The notes beneath the pieces are model-generated. The model was not told where the DNA came from. It did not search any database and saw only the letters and a program-made list of their open reading frames with translations. Both the position numbers and the translations under genes were made by a program. Positions 49,044 through 60,109 of a stretch of 64,000 nt of DNA are shown here, one piece after another. Origin of the DNA: Raillietiella orientalis (lineage: Eukaryota); contig JAYWIR010000017.1 in assembly GCA_036172245.1 (NCBI GenBank), forward strand, positions 2,604,001 to 2,668,000, given 5' to 3'. How positions within the stretch are numbered: position 1 is the stretch's first letter; the number at the start of each line of letters is the position of its first letter.

Positions 49044-50799
49044 TGCACATCATTTCGAGCATTCCTCGAGGGTCGATAGAATGGCTCAGTGCCACAGCCT
49101 CCCTTTCTCTCTCTTTTCTCTCTTATCAACCTACACGATGTCAGTCGCATTCTTTCCTATACATTCCAAAAGCGTACGTTCCAAAAGCAGTTTTTCATGT
49201 CCGATTGTTTGCAAAAACTTTTATTATCTCCCACCAAAGATTGATTCTTATTTGATGGCGAACCTACCGGAACGTGGGCCGCAGCTTTCGCGACCAAGCG
49301 GGCGACACGTATTTCATACCCTTCCCTGGAAGGAAAGTCAGCCCCGAAACAGTGAGGGGGAAAAAAAAAAAAAAGCCTTCGGAATAGCTTGATTCGCAAG
49401 CCACTTCAGTGAGCTAAGAGGAGTGGTAGGAGGATGATACGCTGATCCAGATTCTGCTGACTTTGTTGGGATGGTGGTGAAAAAATTCGGTCAAACTCCA
49501 TCGACCCGAAGAGAGGATCACCGCGTGAGTAAAGACCATGTGCTCCGCGGTTTCAAAGCCAATCCCCGATCACCAGTTCCGGGATTGGCTTCGAAGCTAA
49601 GTAAGGAGACGAAGGGTCCATTTCCAGCCTCGGCGACCCTTCCGCAAGTCTCCCTAATCGGCAGCCCTTTGTTCAGAGAGCACCGCGTTCAGAGCGGAGT
49701 GAATCAGCAGCAGCAGGACCTGGGCTGCTGCGGAGGAGCATCAGTGCGCGTGTGCTTCGCTCCGAGCGTCCACTAAATGTTCTGTTTGCGTGCGCCAGTC
49801 ACATAAACGCTTCATGCCAGTCACATAAACGCTCGCGCAGAGACACAGTAGACGGACGCTGTGCACGTCAAGTGCACGCCATTACGCAACCAAGACGCGC
49901 ACACATCTTCTCGTGAGTGGGAACTCATCCAAGATGGTCCAACTCCCGCGGAATGCTTCACCGACCAACTTTCTGAGCGTCCGACACGCAAACTTTTGCA
50001 AAACGTAATGATATTCAGCATCTTTTCGATAATGACGATGTCCACAAGCTCCAACTTTCTAACGCGATGGCCATAAATTGTCTAGCATTTTTTTTTTTCA
50101 TTACGTGCATGTCAGTCAGGGTGGTTATTTAAGATTGCGATATTACGTCGCAAGAGTCACCTGACAGCTGATAGTTAAACGTAAATATTCTCAAGACGTC
50201 TATTAGTAAGTATGTTAAATACATGGCTTTATTAGCTTAGACTTGGGAGTGTTTTCTAAGATGTCATTATCAAGCATTGAGGGAGTGAATTTGAAATAGT
50301 AGGAAAAAAATATCGCTCTTAATTTATGAATTTCGTTTGCCGGGAATGATTTATCAGCTTTCCTCTGTGCGGTTGCTGGACTCAATGTCTTACTTCCAAA
50401 CATGGCTGCTTCAGAACAGGTTTAGGCGGTTGCACGGGCGCTTCGCGTGGGGGAGAGGAGGGAGCGACCGCTGCTGCGAACCCCCGCCCCGTAGAGGGGA
50501 TCTTCCGCAACCACCGCTGCTGCTGCTTCCGAAAACCAAAGGTGGACCCGGCCCCTAAACGCGAGTGGCTTCCTGCTTGTAATTGTAATACCAGTGATCA
50601 TTATAATTTGGATGCCTATGGAGCTTCAACGGGACCCTTAAGCGACAGCCGTTCTCTGCTGCCGCTTATTAGGGGGGAGGGAGACGTTCCAAACTCGATA
50701 GCCAAGGTGGATTGCACCTCCGTGTTCCTCCTTGTCGCTGCCGTGGGAGAGGAAAGATGTGTGCGCGCGGCAGCTCTCCCTCACCCCTGAGGCATCTGT

Positions 50800-52480
50800 C
50801 CTCGTTGCTGCTAGTCTATCCGTGGGTCTCCTGCAGCCCTATAAACTGAAATGCATGGCGGCAGGAGGCTCTCGATAGCTGGACCACCACTTTGGAAGTG
50901 CGCCCAGAGGAACTGCGACCACTGCAGGGTCTCCTACCCAAACCTCCGGGAGATCTGCAAGAATCGACGGAGTAGTTAGCCGTCACACACCTCTCTGCAA
51001 CAATGTCTGCCCTCAGGGCAAGCAATGGCAGCACTCAACCGACGTGATGAGAGTTCTCCTGCAACATTTCAGGAGTCCGAAAACTGAACAGCTGCAAGAC
51101 GAGCGCGCTGGTGAACGCAGCAACATTTCGTTTCCGAGCAAAGAGACTCCTTCGGCGGAGTGACCCGCTTGGTTTATCATCCGGCGTGACCGGGTATGTT
51201 GTATGTTTATCATAAAAAACAAAAAACTTACATGTGTAGGGCCATCGACCCTACATTGTCCGAAAAGGCTCGGAGCCTGCCGAGTAACCGGCACGCGGGC
51301 CGGCGAGGTTCGCCTTGGCAGAGAAGGAGAAAGGGGAGAACAAAAATAAAAATAAAACGAAAAAATACATACAAAAAATTGGCAGGATTAGGGAAGGGAT
51401 CTCCAGGAGCTGGAGGGCGTCCACTGCATCCTTTCCGGGATGCTGGCAAGTTCCTTCTGAGTATGTCCCAGGTGGAGCCATCTACCTGCCGTCCTCAGGA
51501 AGCGCAGGACGAAGCAGATGCCGTCCCTGTCCTCCTCTCGCGTAGCTCCAGATTGCCGCAATCCCGCGAAGGCAGCAAGAAAGGGCTGCTGGGGATGCAG
51601 TAGGTGAGAGGGCATCGCGCAAGAGGCGCTCCATCACGTCCCTGGGATTGTCTGTCTGTGCACCAAGGACCGCTGCCTAACGCAACCACAGGGGCCGGAG
51701 GGCAACACAGTCTACAAGCAGGTGCGGGAGCTGGGATTGCCGCCCCTCTCACCTGCAACAGTTGGGGTCCGCAGCCTTCCGGGTTTAGTGAGACCGGCGG
51801 GCGTTGCATGGGAGACTCAGTGTAGCAGCAAAAGTGCCGACCCCTCCCATTTCAGGAGGAAGGCCCTGTTGTTCTTCAGCGCCGGAGGCCACTCGAGGTC
51901 TTCCTATAGGATTCTCAGCAGCTCATCTCAGCGCAATAGTCCCTTCGATGGGATACTTGGGGTCTCAGCGTCTGTGAGCTGGCCCGTAGTCCAACCACCT
52001 AATTCCTTTGCTATTACACCGATCTCACATCGGACCTCACATTTGGCCAGCTGGTTGCTGCCCAGGTGCTCTCTGAGGGAGGGCAAAGAACCTCCCTAGC
52101 CTCATCGACCGGCTAGGGAGGTTCTTTGCGTCCACGCACGCGCGGTAGAAGAGAGTGATGCAGTCGCTGCCGCATCTCTGGGCTCACTTCGCTGTTCTTG
52201 GCCAACGTGCGGATGGTTTCCGGCGACCAGGCACTACCGTTCATGGGCCGGCAGGAGATCCAGGTGCTCGTTCTGGTCAGCTTGGCCACTCGCTGGAGCT
52301 CCAGTCTGTATGCTCGTGTCCCCTGAAGAACTGGCGGTCCCTTTCCTTTGCGTGGACACCTCCGTGTTCCTCCTACATTGGAAACAGAATGTTCTGCTGC
52401 TTCTGCACAGATTCCAGTGCGACCAGCGCAGGCACCTGGTTTCCGGGAGAGTGGCATCTTTGAACTGTTCAAGGTGCGGG
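50800..52480 (-). mobile_element. L1/Tx1-like junction: ORF2 C-terminus, 3'UTR, terminal motif, then the start of the next element
   Basis: Homologous to 30080-30800 with an insertion of about 610 bp (~51498-52110). FIGLQETHG (endonuclease QETH) occurs downstream at about 50820-50845. Confidence 0.65.
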
Positions 52481-52699
52481 GCGGTGTAATCGCTCGCGCA
52501 CCTTTTCTTAGACTTCAGTGCCCTCGAGGAATCGTGTTGGGGACTCGCTTCGGCGCTCCGGAGACTGCGAACACTGCAGAGACGCGCGCGAATGCGGAAA
52601 GCAGTCTCGTGATCCGTTAGCCTCTGCGGGTCTTCGCTTCTGCCAAGGGAGGAACTCGGAGGCGTCCCCGGTCTCGGCTACTTAACGCCTCTGAGATGC

Positions 52700-54560
52700 T
52701 TGCCGAAAGCGCCCGTCAGTCTTTCCCACTTATCGGCTCGTACAGAAAGCAAAAGAAAACGCTTTCCAGGACTCCGACATCGGATGATCGATGCAACCTG
52801 AAACTGAAAGGGAAGTGGCAGTGGACGGCGACACAGAGCCTGGCTCTTCTGCCGCGGTCAATTAGGGATCTTTGAAAGGAAGACGCCCGAAGCAGCTCGG
52901 ATTTCAGAGCGCAGCAGCAGCCGCGAGCCAGCATGGCCGCTCGGCAGCGTTACCGGCATGGCCAAAATCGAGTTTCCCTGATCGATCCCGGCTTCAGCGA
53001 GATCGATGGATCTTTCTCGAGAGATTCTTATCGCCCCAGACGCGATGCTGCGACTTGACCCTCCAAAAATTGGCGTTTTGCACGGCCGGTCGATGAGGGA
53101 ATCGAAGAGAGTGATGCGTGGTGTCCTGGGCCGCCTCGAGAACCGAGGAGTACGCGCTTCGATCTTCCGGTCCGCAAGGGAAACGATGGAGAAGAGAGGG
53201 TTCCCTGACCCGCCTGCTGCTGACTGGGTATGGGGTGGAGCAACTCTGGAGGATGCTCCGAAAACAATGCATGCAGATGGCCCCACCGGGTACATCTTAT
53301 GCCCCCCATCCTTCAAGATAACGCTGGTTGGCCCACTGGCTTTGGGTGTGGCACTAGTGAAATCCTGAAGCCCCCGGATACCCCGTTGACCTTCCGGGAT
53401 CGGAAGTCGACCCTTTGCGGTCATTCCTGGAATCAAGGAGCCACTTTCTTTCGGGACTAAAGAAGAACAGAAGAGTCCGGGAGACTACTGGTGACTTTCA
53501 CTCATTGATACAGGACGCGGTGAAGTCTCCGACCCTAGCCATCACACCCCTTGCCGCAGCGCTGTCTGCCCTCAGGGCGAGAGACGACCTAGCCAACCGG
53601 CGAGGTGGGAGTTTTCTTTCACCATCACGGGAAATACAGAACACCTCGGTGCCTGGAAGACGCGTGAGTTGGTGGATGCTGCCACTTCGCGTTCGGTGGC
53701 GAAGGGACTCCGTCGGTGGGGCGAACTTTTGAGTGTTGCTCCTGAAAAACTTGTAATCCCTCCCTATTGTGTGGACGGTTCGTTGTTCCCCCTCGCCTGG
53801 GAGCAGGCCGTACTGCCCTCCATCCACTGGGGATTCCAGTGTGACGAGCGGCGGCACCGAGTTTCCGGAGGGGTTGCATCCCCGAACTGTCGTGCCAGAT
53901 GCAGGTCGGCGGAGTCGATCCCGCCGCACCTGCTTTTGGACTGCGGTGCTCCCCTCCAAAAACTGCGGCGGAGGCTGGCAACAGCACTCCTGCACCAGGA
54001 AGACACCGCCCGAGAGTGCTGCGGCAGTTTTTCGCGCCGAGAGGCCTCTCGATGGGCGTTGTTACTGCAACCATAGGTTGCATCCGTGCCAGGCTCTAGA
54101 AACCACCCCGCAGAGAGGGGAGGTCACCAGGATGGCAGCCACCTACTACATCAGGAGGGCTGCAAGGTGGCCTCACCTGGAAAAGGAATCCAAGGAAGAG
54201 ATCACCGGCATCCACTGCCGATTAGATGGACGGTTTGGAACGGTGGACTTTGATGGATCCTTGTCTCCTTCCTCCCTTTATTCTTTGTTTCTTATCCCCG
54301 TCCGACTCCGTAACTTTCTTAGTGCTTTTTTTTTTTTATTCCGGTGAATACGGAGCGAAACCAAAGATCCCTGCCCCTTTCCCACCCATTTTGTTTGTTT
54401 TTGTTGTCCGCTTGTCCCTCCCCGTTCCGGACTCTCTGTTATCCCGGACTGCCTAACGGCAGACGCTCCCTTTTGTTTCTTGCTGTCTTCGGTTTGACAC
54501 TCTGTTCCCAACTGGTTTATTCTTAATAAAATAAATGCCCTGGCGTGATTGGGTGAAAAA
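52700..54560 (+). mobile_element. L1/Tx1-like relic (RT end, thumb, CCHC finger, 3'UTR), subfamily 2
   Basis: PPKIGVL (~KILGV), ILCPPS, SPNCRARCRSAESIPPHLLLDC (CCHC zf-RVT), T-rich UTR, TTCCCAACTGGTTT...AATAAATGCCCTGGCGTGATTGGGTGAAAAA. Confidence 0.7.
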
Positions 54561-54599
54561 CTCCCTTCGCATACTTTCTTCCCCACGACTCCTGTAGGA

Positions 54600-57500
54600 C
54601 CCAGGGACCTAAACAACATTGCTTTAACTTTTCTGTATGCCTACTATTGCAAGTTGCAACAATCGTCACAGCCTGTCCCAAAACACGCCAAAGTGAACCC
54701 ATTTTTCGTGACTTTCTGATTGCCCCCCAGCAGTCCATTTCTTCCCATATCCCCCCTCCCCAATCCCTTTTTTTTCTTTTGGTTCGCTGAGTACCTCAAG
54801 AGCCGTCGCGCCTCTGGCGGCGGCTCACGCAGCTCTTTGACGCTGTTTCACATCACCCGAGAGTGCGTGTAGCCCTTGTAGTTACAGGGAATACCCCGGG
54901 AGGGGACGAATCCCTCCCGGGGTATTCCCAGGAATCCAGGAAGGAATCAATGTCTCTTCCTCTCTCACGCTTGGGGAGGGGTGATCCCTGGAATGGAAAT
55001 CACCTTCACCCTATTGGTCTCCGAGGAGAATCTTCCTTATTCTCTCCGAAGGGACTCCGGAGGGGTCGGCTCCATTTTTTCTTCCCCGAAGGGAACCCGG
55101 AAAGAATCCACTATCAGAAATGTCTTCTCCGGATGGATTCCGCGAGGAAGTCGCTCCGTTTCCTCTCCTCTGAAGAGAACCTTGACCTTCCCCGTCGAAG
55201 CGGAGCGGACGTGTTTTTCCTGCGCTCCGACAGCTCCAGTTCGGGAAGCTTTTTTTCGTTTGAAGAGAACCCGAAGGGACGCTTTCGAAATTCAGAAGGG
55301 CGCTTCCTTTCCGGAGGGACCGGCTCGCTTCCTTGCACTCTTTGGAGAGGTGGTAACACACCTACTCCACGGAAGGGCCACCCTCGAAGGAGGAGGTCCG
55401 TTCCTTTGGACAACCGGAGGGGGAATTCTCAATCCCTTGATTCCTGGAAGGACCCGAAGGTGGACTCCCATTGTCCTGGCTCTCATCGGGAGCATCCGAT
55501 TTGAACCGCTACCAGTGCCGCACCCGGATGAATGTGGACCAACCAGCGTCATCTTTGCAGGAGGAACTCGGAATCCACGACTCACTCCCCATCTCTCGGC
55601 GTCTATTCTTGCCGGTGGTGGTCCACACGCACGGACCGCAACCACGTGATCTCCGACGCGGTCCTCAATCCTCCTGGACGTTGTTTCCCTTTCGCAAGAG
55701 GGGCGAGGCTCAGACGCGTGGAAAGGAGGCAACTCGGAAGGGAAGGAGAAATCCGGCTAGTTCCTCGATCGACTGCTCGAGTCCATCGTACCAACTCCCT
55801 CCACGAAGGAAGGAGAATCAACGGCAACAGACGTCAGCAAACGGGAAGCAGTTGAAGTGTTAACGGTCGTCGGATCGGTGCAGAAGACTCAGCAGCCGAC
55901 AGTAGGGTTCGGTGCCTCGTGCACCTGATACCACTGGATCCTCATCTTTGCGCTCCGCGCAAGGTGTCGGTATGGTAGCGGAAGCAACGATACTGGAAGC
56001 TGGGGAGCGCCGCAATCCGCAGCTCGCTCAGCGTTCCTGCGGATCCTGGAAGTCGCCGTAGTCTCGCGAATATGGTCTCCGGCCTGCTCAAGGGAGAGGA
56101 GGAGGGGGTGTCTTCAGGAAACGGAAAACAGATAGTCGGCGGCGTAGACTTGCAGCCGATCAAAGACAACAGCAGAAAGGCGGCAGCAACAACTGGAAGC
56201 CGGGATGCTGTCTCTCGAAGCGCCTCTTCGGCTCTTCCTGCCCGTTTTTGATATCCGGTTGGAGTTCTCAGTTCTCTGTTCCGTTCGCTCCCTGCCGTCG
56301 CCGCGATTCAGGGACGTCCGCACCCGGAGTGAAGGATGAGGGAGCGAGATTCTCTCGCTGGCTTCCGGTGATGAAATCCAGCACTCGCAAAAGGGGTCCG
56401 CCGAAAGCGCGTTGGTTTAGATTGCGCACGAAAGAGAGAGGAAAACGCTGCCGCAAATCACTGCCGCCGTCCCGTGTGCCTGAAGCGTGTCCATCACAAT
56501 GAGAAGAGTGCGTGCTGCCTCGCAGCTCCCCCTGCTTATTTACCACGCTCGATGGCTCCGGAGAGTCTTGCATCTTAGGGCTGGAGGAGGCCCGGAGGTC
56601 CCTGGGCTCGCGCGCGGCCGCCTCCACGTCCAGGCAGCGATCCTGAGCCTCCGGGAAAAACGGGACGCGTCGCGGCCTTCTCCCGAAGAGTGGGAGGAGG
56701 CTACCTCGGAATCGGCTCCTGCAGCCACCCTCTTCCTGGTGGGAACCCGGGGAGGATCTCCCGTTCCTGAAGAAAGGAGTTCCTCGCTGCTCGAAAGGAG
56801 TGCTGGTGCCTCACCAAGTCCTCCCGAGAAACGAGCGTCAGATCCGTGGGAACGTCGGCAGCGGCGTCGCGCGGCGCCGAGGTTCGCACGCTGCTGAGGA
56901 TCGTTCGCGGCGCTCGGGAGCACAAACTTCCTCGATCGGCTCCTTTCCGAGCGAGAGAGGGGGGAGAGAGGTGGGTGGTCGCGAAAACAGAGGAGCCTCC
57001 TCTTCGCCTGATCTTCGCGCGAACCAACAATCCGGCATTCCTCCACGATAAATCACCTGTTTGCGGCGTCTCGTTTGCGCAGCAGATAAAACACGCGCAA
57101 TCACCTGCATCTAAGCGAGGGGCATCTCCTGATACCCTCTTGTGTCACAGGGAGCGCATGAAACCACCTGCGCGTTGATCAATCTCGCGGGGGAAGCGTC
57201 CTGTCGGTGCCTCCTCCCTCTCCCCTTCCTCCCCGCGAGCGGAGGAGGCAGGAGAATTACTGGCATCGGAGAACTGGAGGTCGCACTAGGGAGGGTTGAC
57301 TCCCATCTCTGGAAACACGAGAGAATTCTCTCGTTTCTGCTTATCGGCCTCCTCTTGTGGTTTTCTTTTCTTTTCGTTCTTTTCCTTTTCTCGGGGATGA
57401 CAAAGGAGTCGCGCGGATCGAAGCTCGATGTCCGCTTCTTCCGCCTTCACTGGCGAGACACCTGCGAGCGTGGACTGAGCAGCACGACTCGACGCTATTG

Positions 57501-57700
57501 GCGTTTCGAAACGCCAGGTCTTCAAGAAGTCCGGCTCCTCACTGCAAAGGAGAACCTTTTAAAGAAGAGGTTCCTTGTTGGCGCGCAGTCTTGCAGCTCA
57601 GGAGTGGCCCGTGAGTGCAGCGCATCAGCTTCCTCTTCTTCCTGTTTTCTTGAGCTGATGCGCGTTCTCCTTACCTCCTCGTCGTTCCTCCAGTTCGACA
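54600..57700 (+). mobile_element. L1/Tx1-like relic (5' region, ORF1, endonuclease)
   Basis: ARFLALFGEVV...WTTGGG (ORF1 LxxFGxV...TG) at about 55320-55420 and RRYWRFET (~GYWKLN) at about 57500. Confidence 0.5.
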
Positions 57701-58199
57701 GTCACCATTGCGTTGCTGCTGGCGAGCGTCTGGAGACATCCTGCTCTGTTCCACTTCCCCTCGCTGTCCGTGCTCACCCATCATTCACAAGCATGCATCC
57801 ATTCAATCTGTCTCCATGGCAACGAAAGCAAGGGAACAAAAGAGCTAAACGCGACTAGGTAAACAACTCTCCAAAAACGACTGTAACAAGCTGGAGAAGG
57901 CAGCAGCTTCCTTCTCATTCCTTCCTCTTCCTCTTCCTCTTGCACCTCCTCTCTCTTGCCTTCCTCGTCCTCAAACCGGTGCCCAACTGGGAAAGGCGGC
58001 AGCAGAGGCTGCTTGCTACCTTTCTCGTGCTGCTCCTGTGATTTGACAGCCCGTGACAGGGTTGCTTCAGCCACTCACAGAGAGGAGCAGGAGAAAGGGC
58101 CGTCTGACTTGAGCGCACTGGCAGTCGGAGGCGAGCATGGAGGAGCGAGCCGGAGGGAATTCGGAGCTGGTTCCAGGCTCGGATGGCAAGGATTCCTCA

Positions 58200-58780
58200 G
58201 GAGAGACTCGCGAAAGCCTCCCTGCCTTGAGAAGCGCAAGGAATGACCCCCGAAATTCCAGAAATCTCGTTTCAAAGAGATTTCTGGGATTCTGCCAGTC
58301 TTACGCGGAAGGCGGAAGCATCTGCAACAGTGAAGTAACAGGACTTCAAGATGCCCGGAAGAACGTGGCGATAGGGATACACCAAGGCGTCTCCCGGATG
58401 ATTCCGGGAATGAGAGATTGAATTAGATGGGAAGTCTCCTGGCACCTTAAGATTCCTTCCCAGATCAAAAGGGAGCGAGGTTCACCAGAGCAGCAAAAAG
58501 AGCGAGTGTGAGGGAAAAAAGCATGCAGTCGACCACGTAAGCGAAGTTGGCTGACGCTGCTCAAGTGCCAAAGACTTCAGCCATGTTGCGGATGACTAAC
58601 GTCTGCTGATCAGTCACTGAGAAAATCGACTTTCCTCTGATCGACTCGACTCGATGAAAGTTTGCTCCGGGACTTCCGGTCAGTAAAGAAAACCCAAAGG
58701 TTCGTAGCGAATAGCCAGGAGGGTCCACGAAAGGAGGCAGAGCGTGGGCGGGGCACTCATGGGAAACCATTCTCTTGCTC
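58200..58780 (-). mobile_element. L1-like RT core fragment, inverted relative to its neighbours
   Basis: VSHECPAHALPPFV (~GVRQGCPLSPLLFV) at about 58730-58770. Confidence 0.4.
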
Positions 58781-58939
58781 TATCCTCGACGTGTGCTGCG
58801 TGCCTTTTCGAAAAGAATCGTAGGCACATTTACTCCTCAAGATCGACACACTATATTCTCCCTACATATAAATAAGTAGATATAACTATATAATCTCCAT
58901 TGAGACACAAACGACCTTCCATGCAAATATAAATAACTC

Positions 58940-59875
58940 CGTTTGAACGTCATGATTGATGACCTCCACGATCCTATTCAGTTGCTACAGAAGAGAACAC
59001 TCAGTGCTCCTCCAAGCCGACCAACTGCTCCGCTATCCTCCCTCGACGCAGCGCTGCCAGCTCACGGAAGATGCGACCCCAAGTGCCTCCCCACGATGAC
59101 TTTTGAGCTGGGGGCGAGCTGCTGGGTATTCCGGCGGAAGATCTGCAGTGGCTTCCAGCGCTTATGGACAGACACACCCTCCCATTAAAGTGGCAGGAGT
59201 CGGCGCTGCTGCTGCTGCCCGGGAGCCTTTCGTGTAACGCCCGGCGGCATCATTGGACGCGGATGTGTGTGGATCCCAACTGTGGCAGGTACGGAGGACG
59301 CGAATCCCTCCTGCACCTGCTAGTGGGCTGTGTTGCCTTCAACCCCTCTAGGAACGCTTTGCAGCGACCTTAGGAATTCCTGGCGGCAACTCTAGGCACT
59401 CTGAAACGCCTCTTCGCTAGGGACGCACTTCGGGCGTCTGCCTCGCTAACAGCCCTCTGCTGCCTACGCGGGATCGTCGTCGCTGTCTGGAGCCACGCAA
59501 GAAGAGGACCCAGCGATAGGAGTGCCATCCGACTCGCCGTCCGATTCATGAGGATGGCAGCAAGATGGACCCATTTGCACAGCAATATCCAGCAAAACCT
59601 CTCCGGCATCCTTCAAAGGATCCAGAGGACCGCCCCCAACAGACAATGATCCCTTCCCACATCCCCCCCAAGATTGTTTTATTTTTGTTTTGTTTCTTTT
59701 TCTTTTTGTTTGGCCCCTCCCCTCTGCTGCCGTGGTGGACCCCACCGGTCTGCGAACCGGTAACGCGGCAGGTTAGATCAAAAAGGAAGGGAGTGGACCA
59801 CTGGTCCAACCTTGGAAATTGTGAATGTTTATTTATTTTATAAATAAATGCCTCGGCGTACCTGGGTGAGGATAT
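58940..59875 (+). mobile_element. L1/Tx1-like 3' end, subfamily 1
   Basis: DPNCGRYGGRESLLHLLVGC (CCHC finger), ORF end LSGILQRIQRTAPNRQ*, T-rich UTR, AATAAATGCCTCGGCGTACCTGGGTGA. Confidence 0.72.
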
Positions 59876-59949
59876 AAGCCCTAGTGGCTTCACCCGAACC
59901 AGAGCCTTCGCAGTGCTCTTTCACCCAATCGCTGATTTCCATCGTGGGA

Positions 59950-60106
59950 ACGAACACCATTATGGTTGAGATTTCTCGGATCGACATCTCGTTTTCCCGG
60001 CCTGTGTCGATAGACCCTCCCCTTTCTTACTCGTATTCGGCGGTTGGGAACTTTGGTTCCTAACTGGTTTATGCAAATAAACGCCCCGGCGTGACCGGGC
60101 GAGAAA
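59950..60106 (+). mobile_element. Short L1/Tx1-like 3' end fragment, subfamily 2
   Basis: CTCCCCTTT...TTCCTAACTGGTTT...AATAAACGCCCCGGCGTGACCGGGCGAGAAA. Confidence 0.6.
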
Positions 60107-60109
60107 TTT

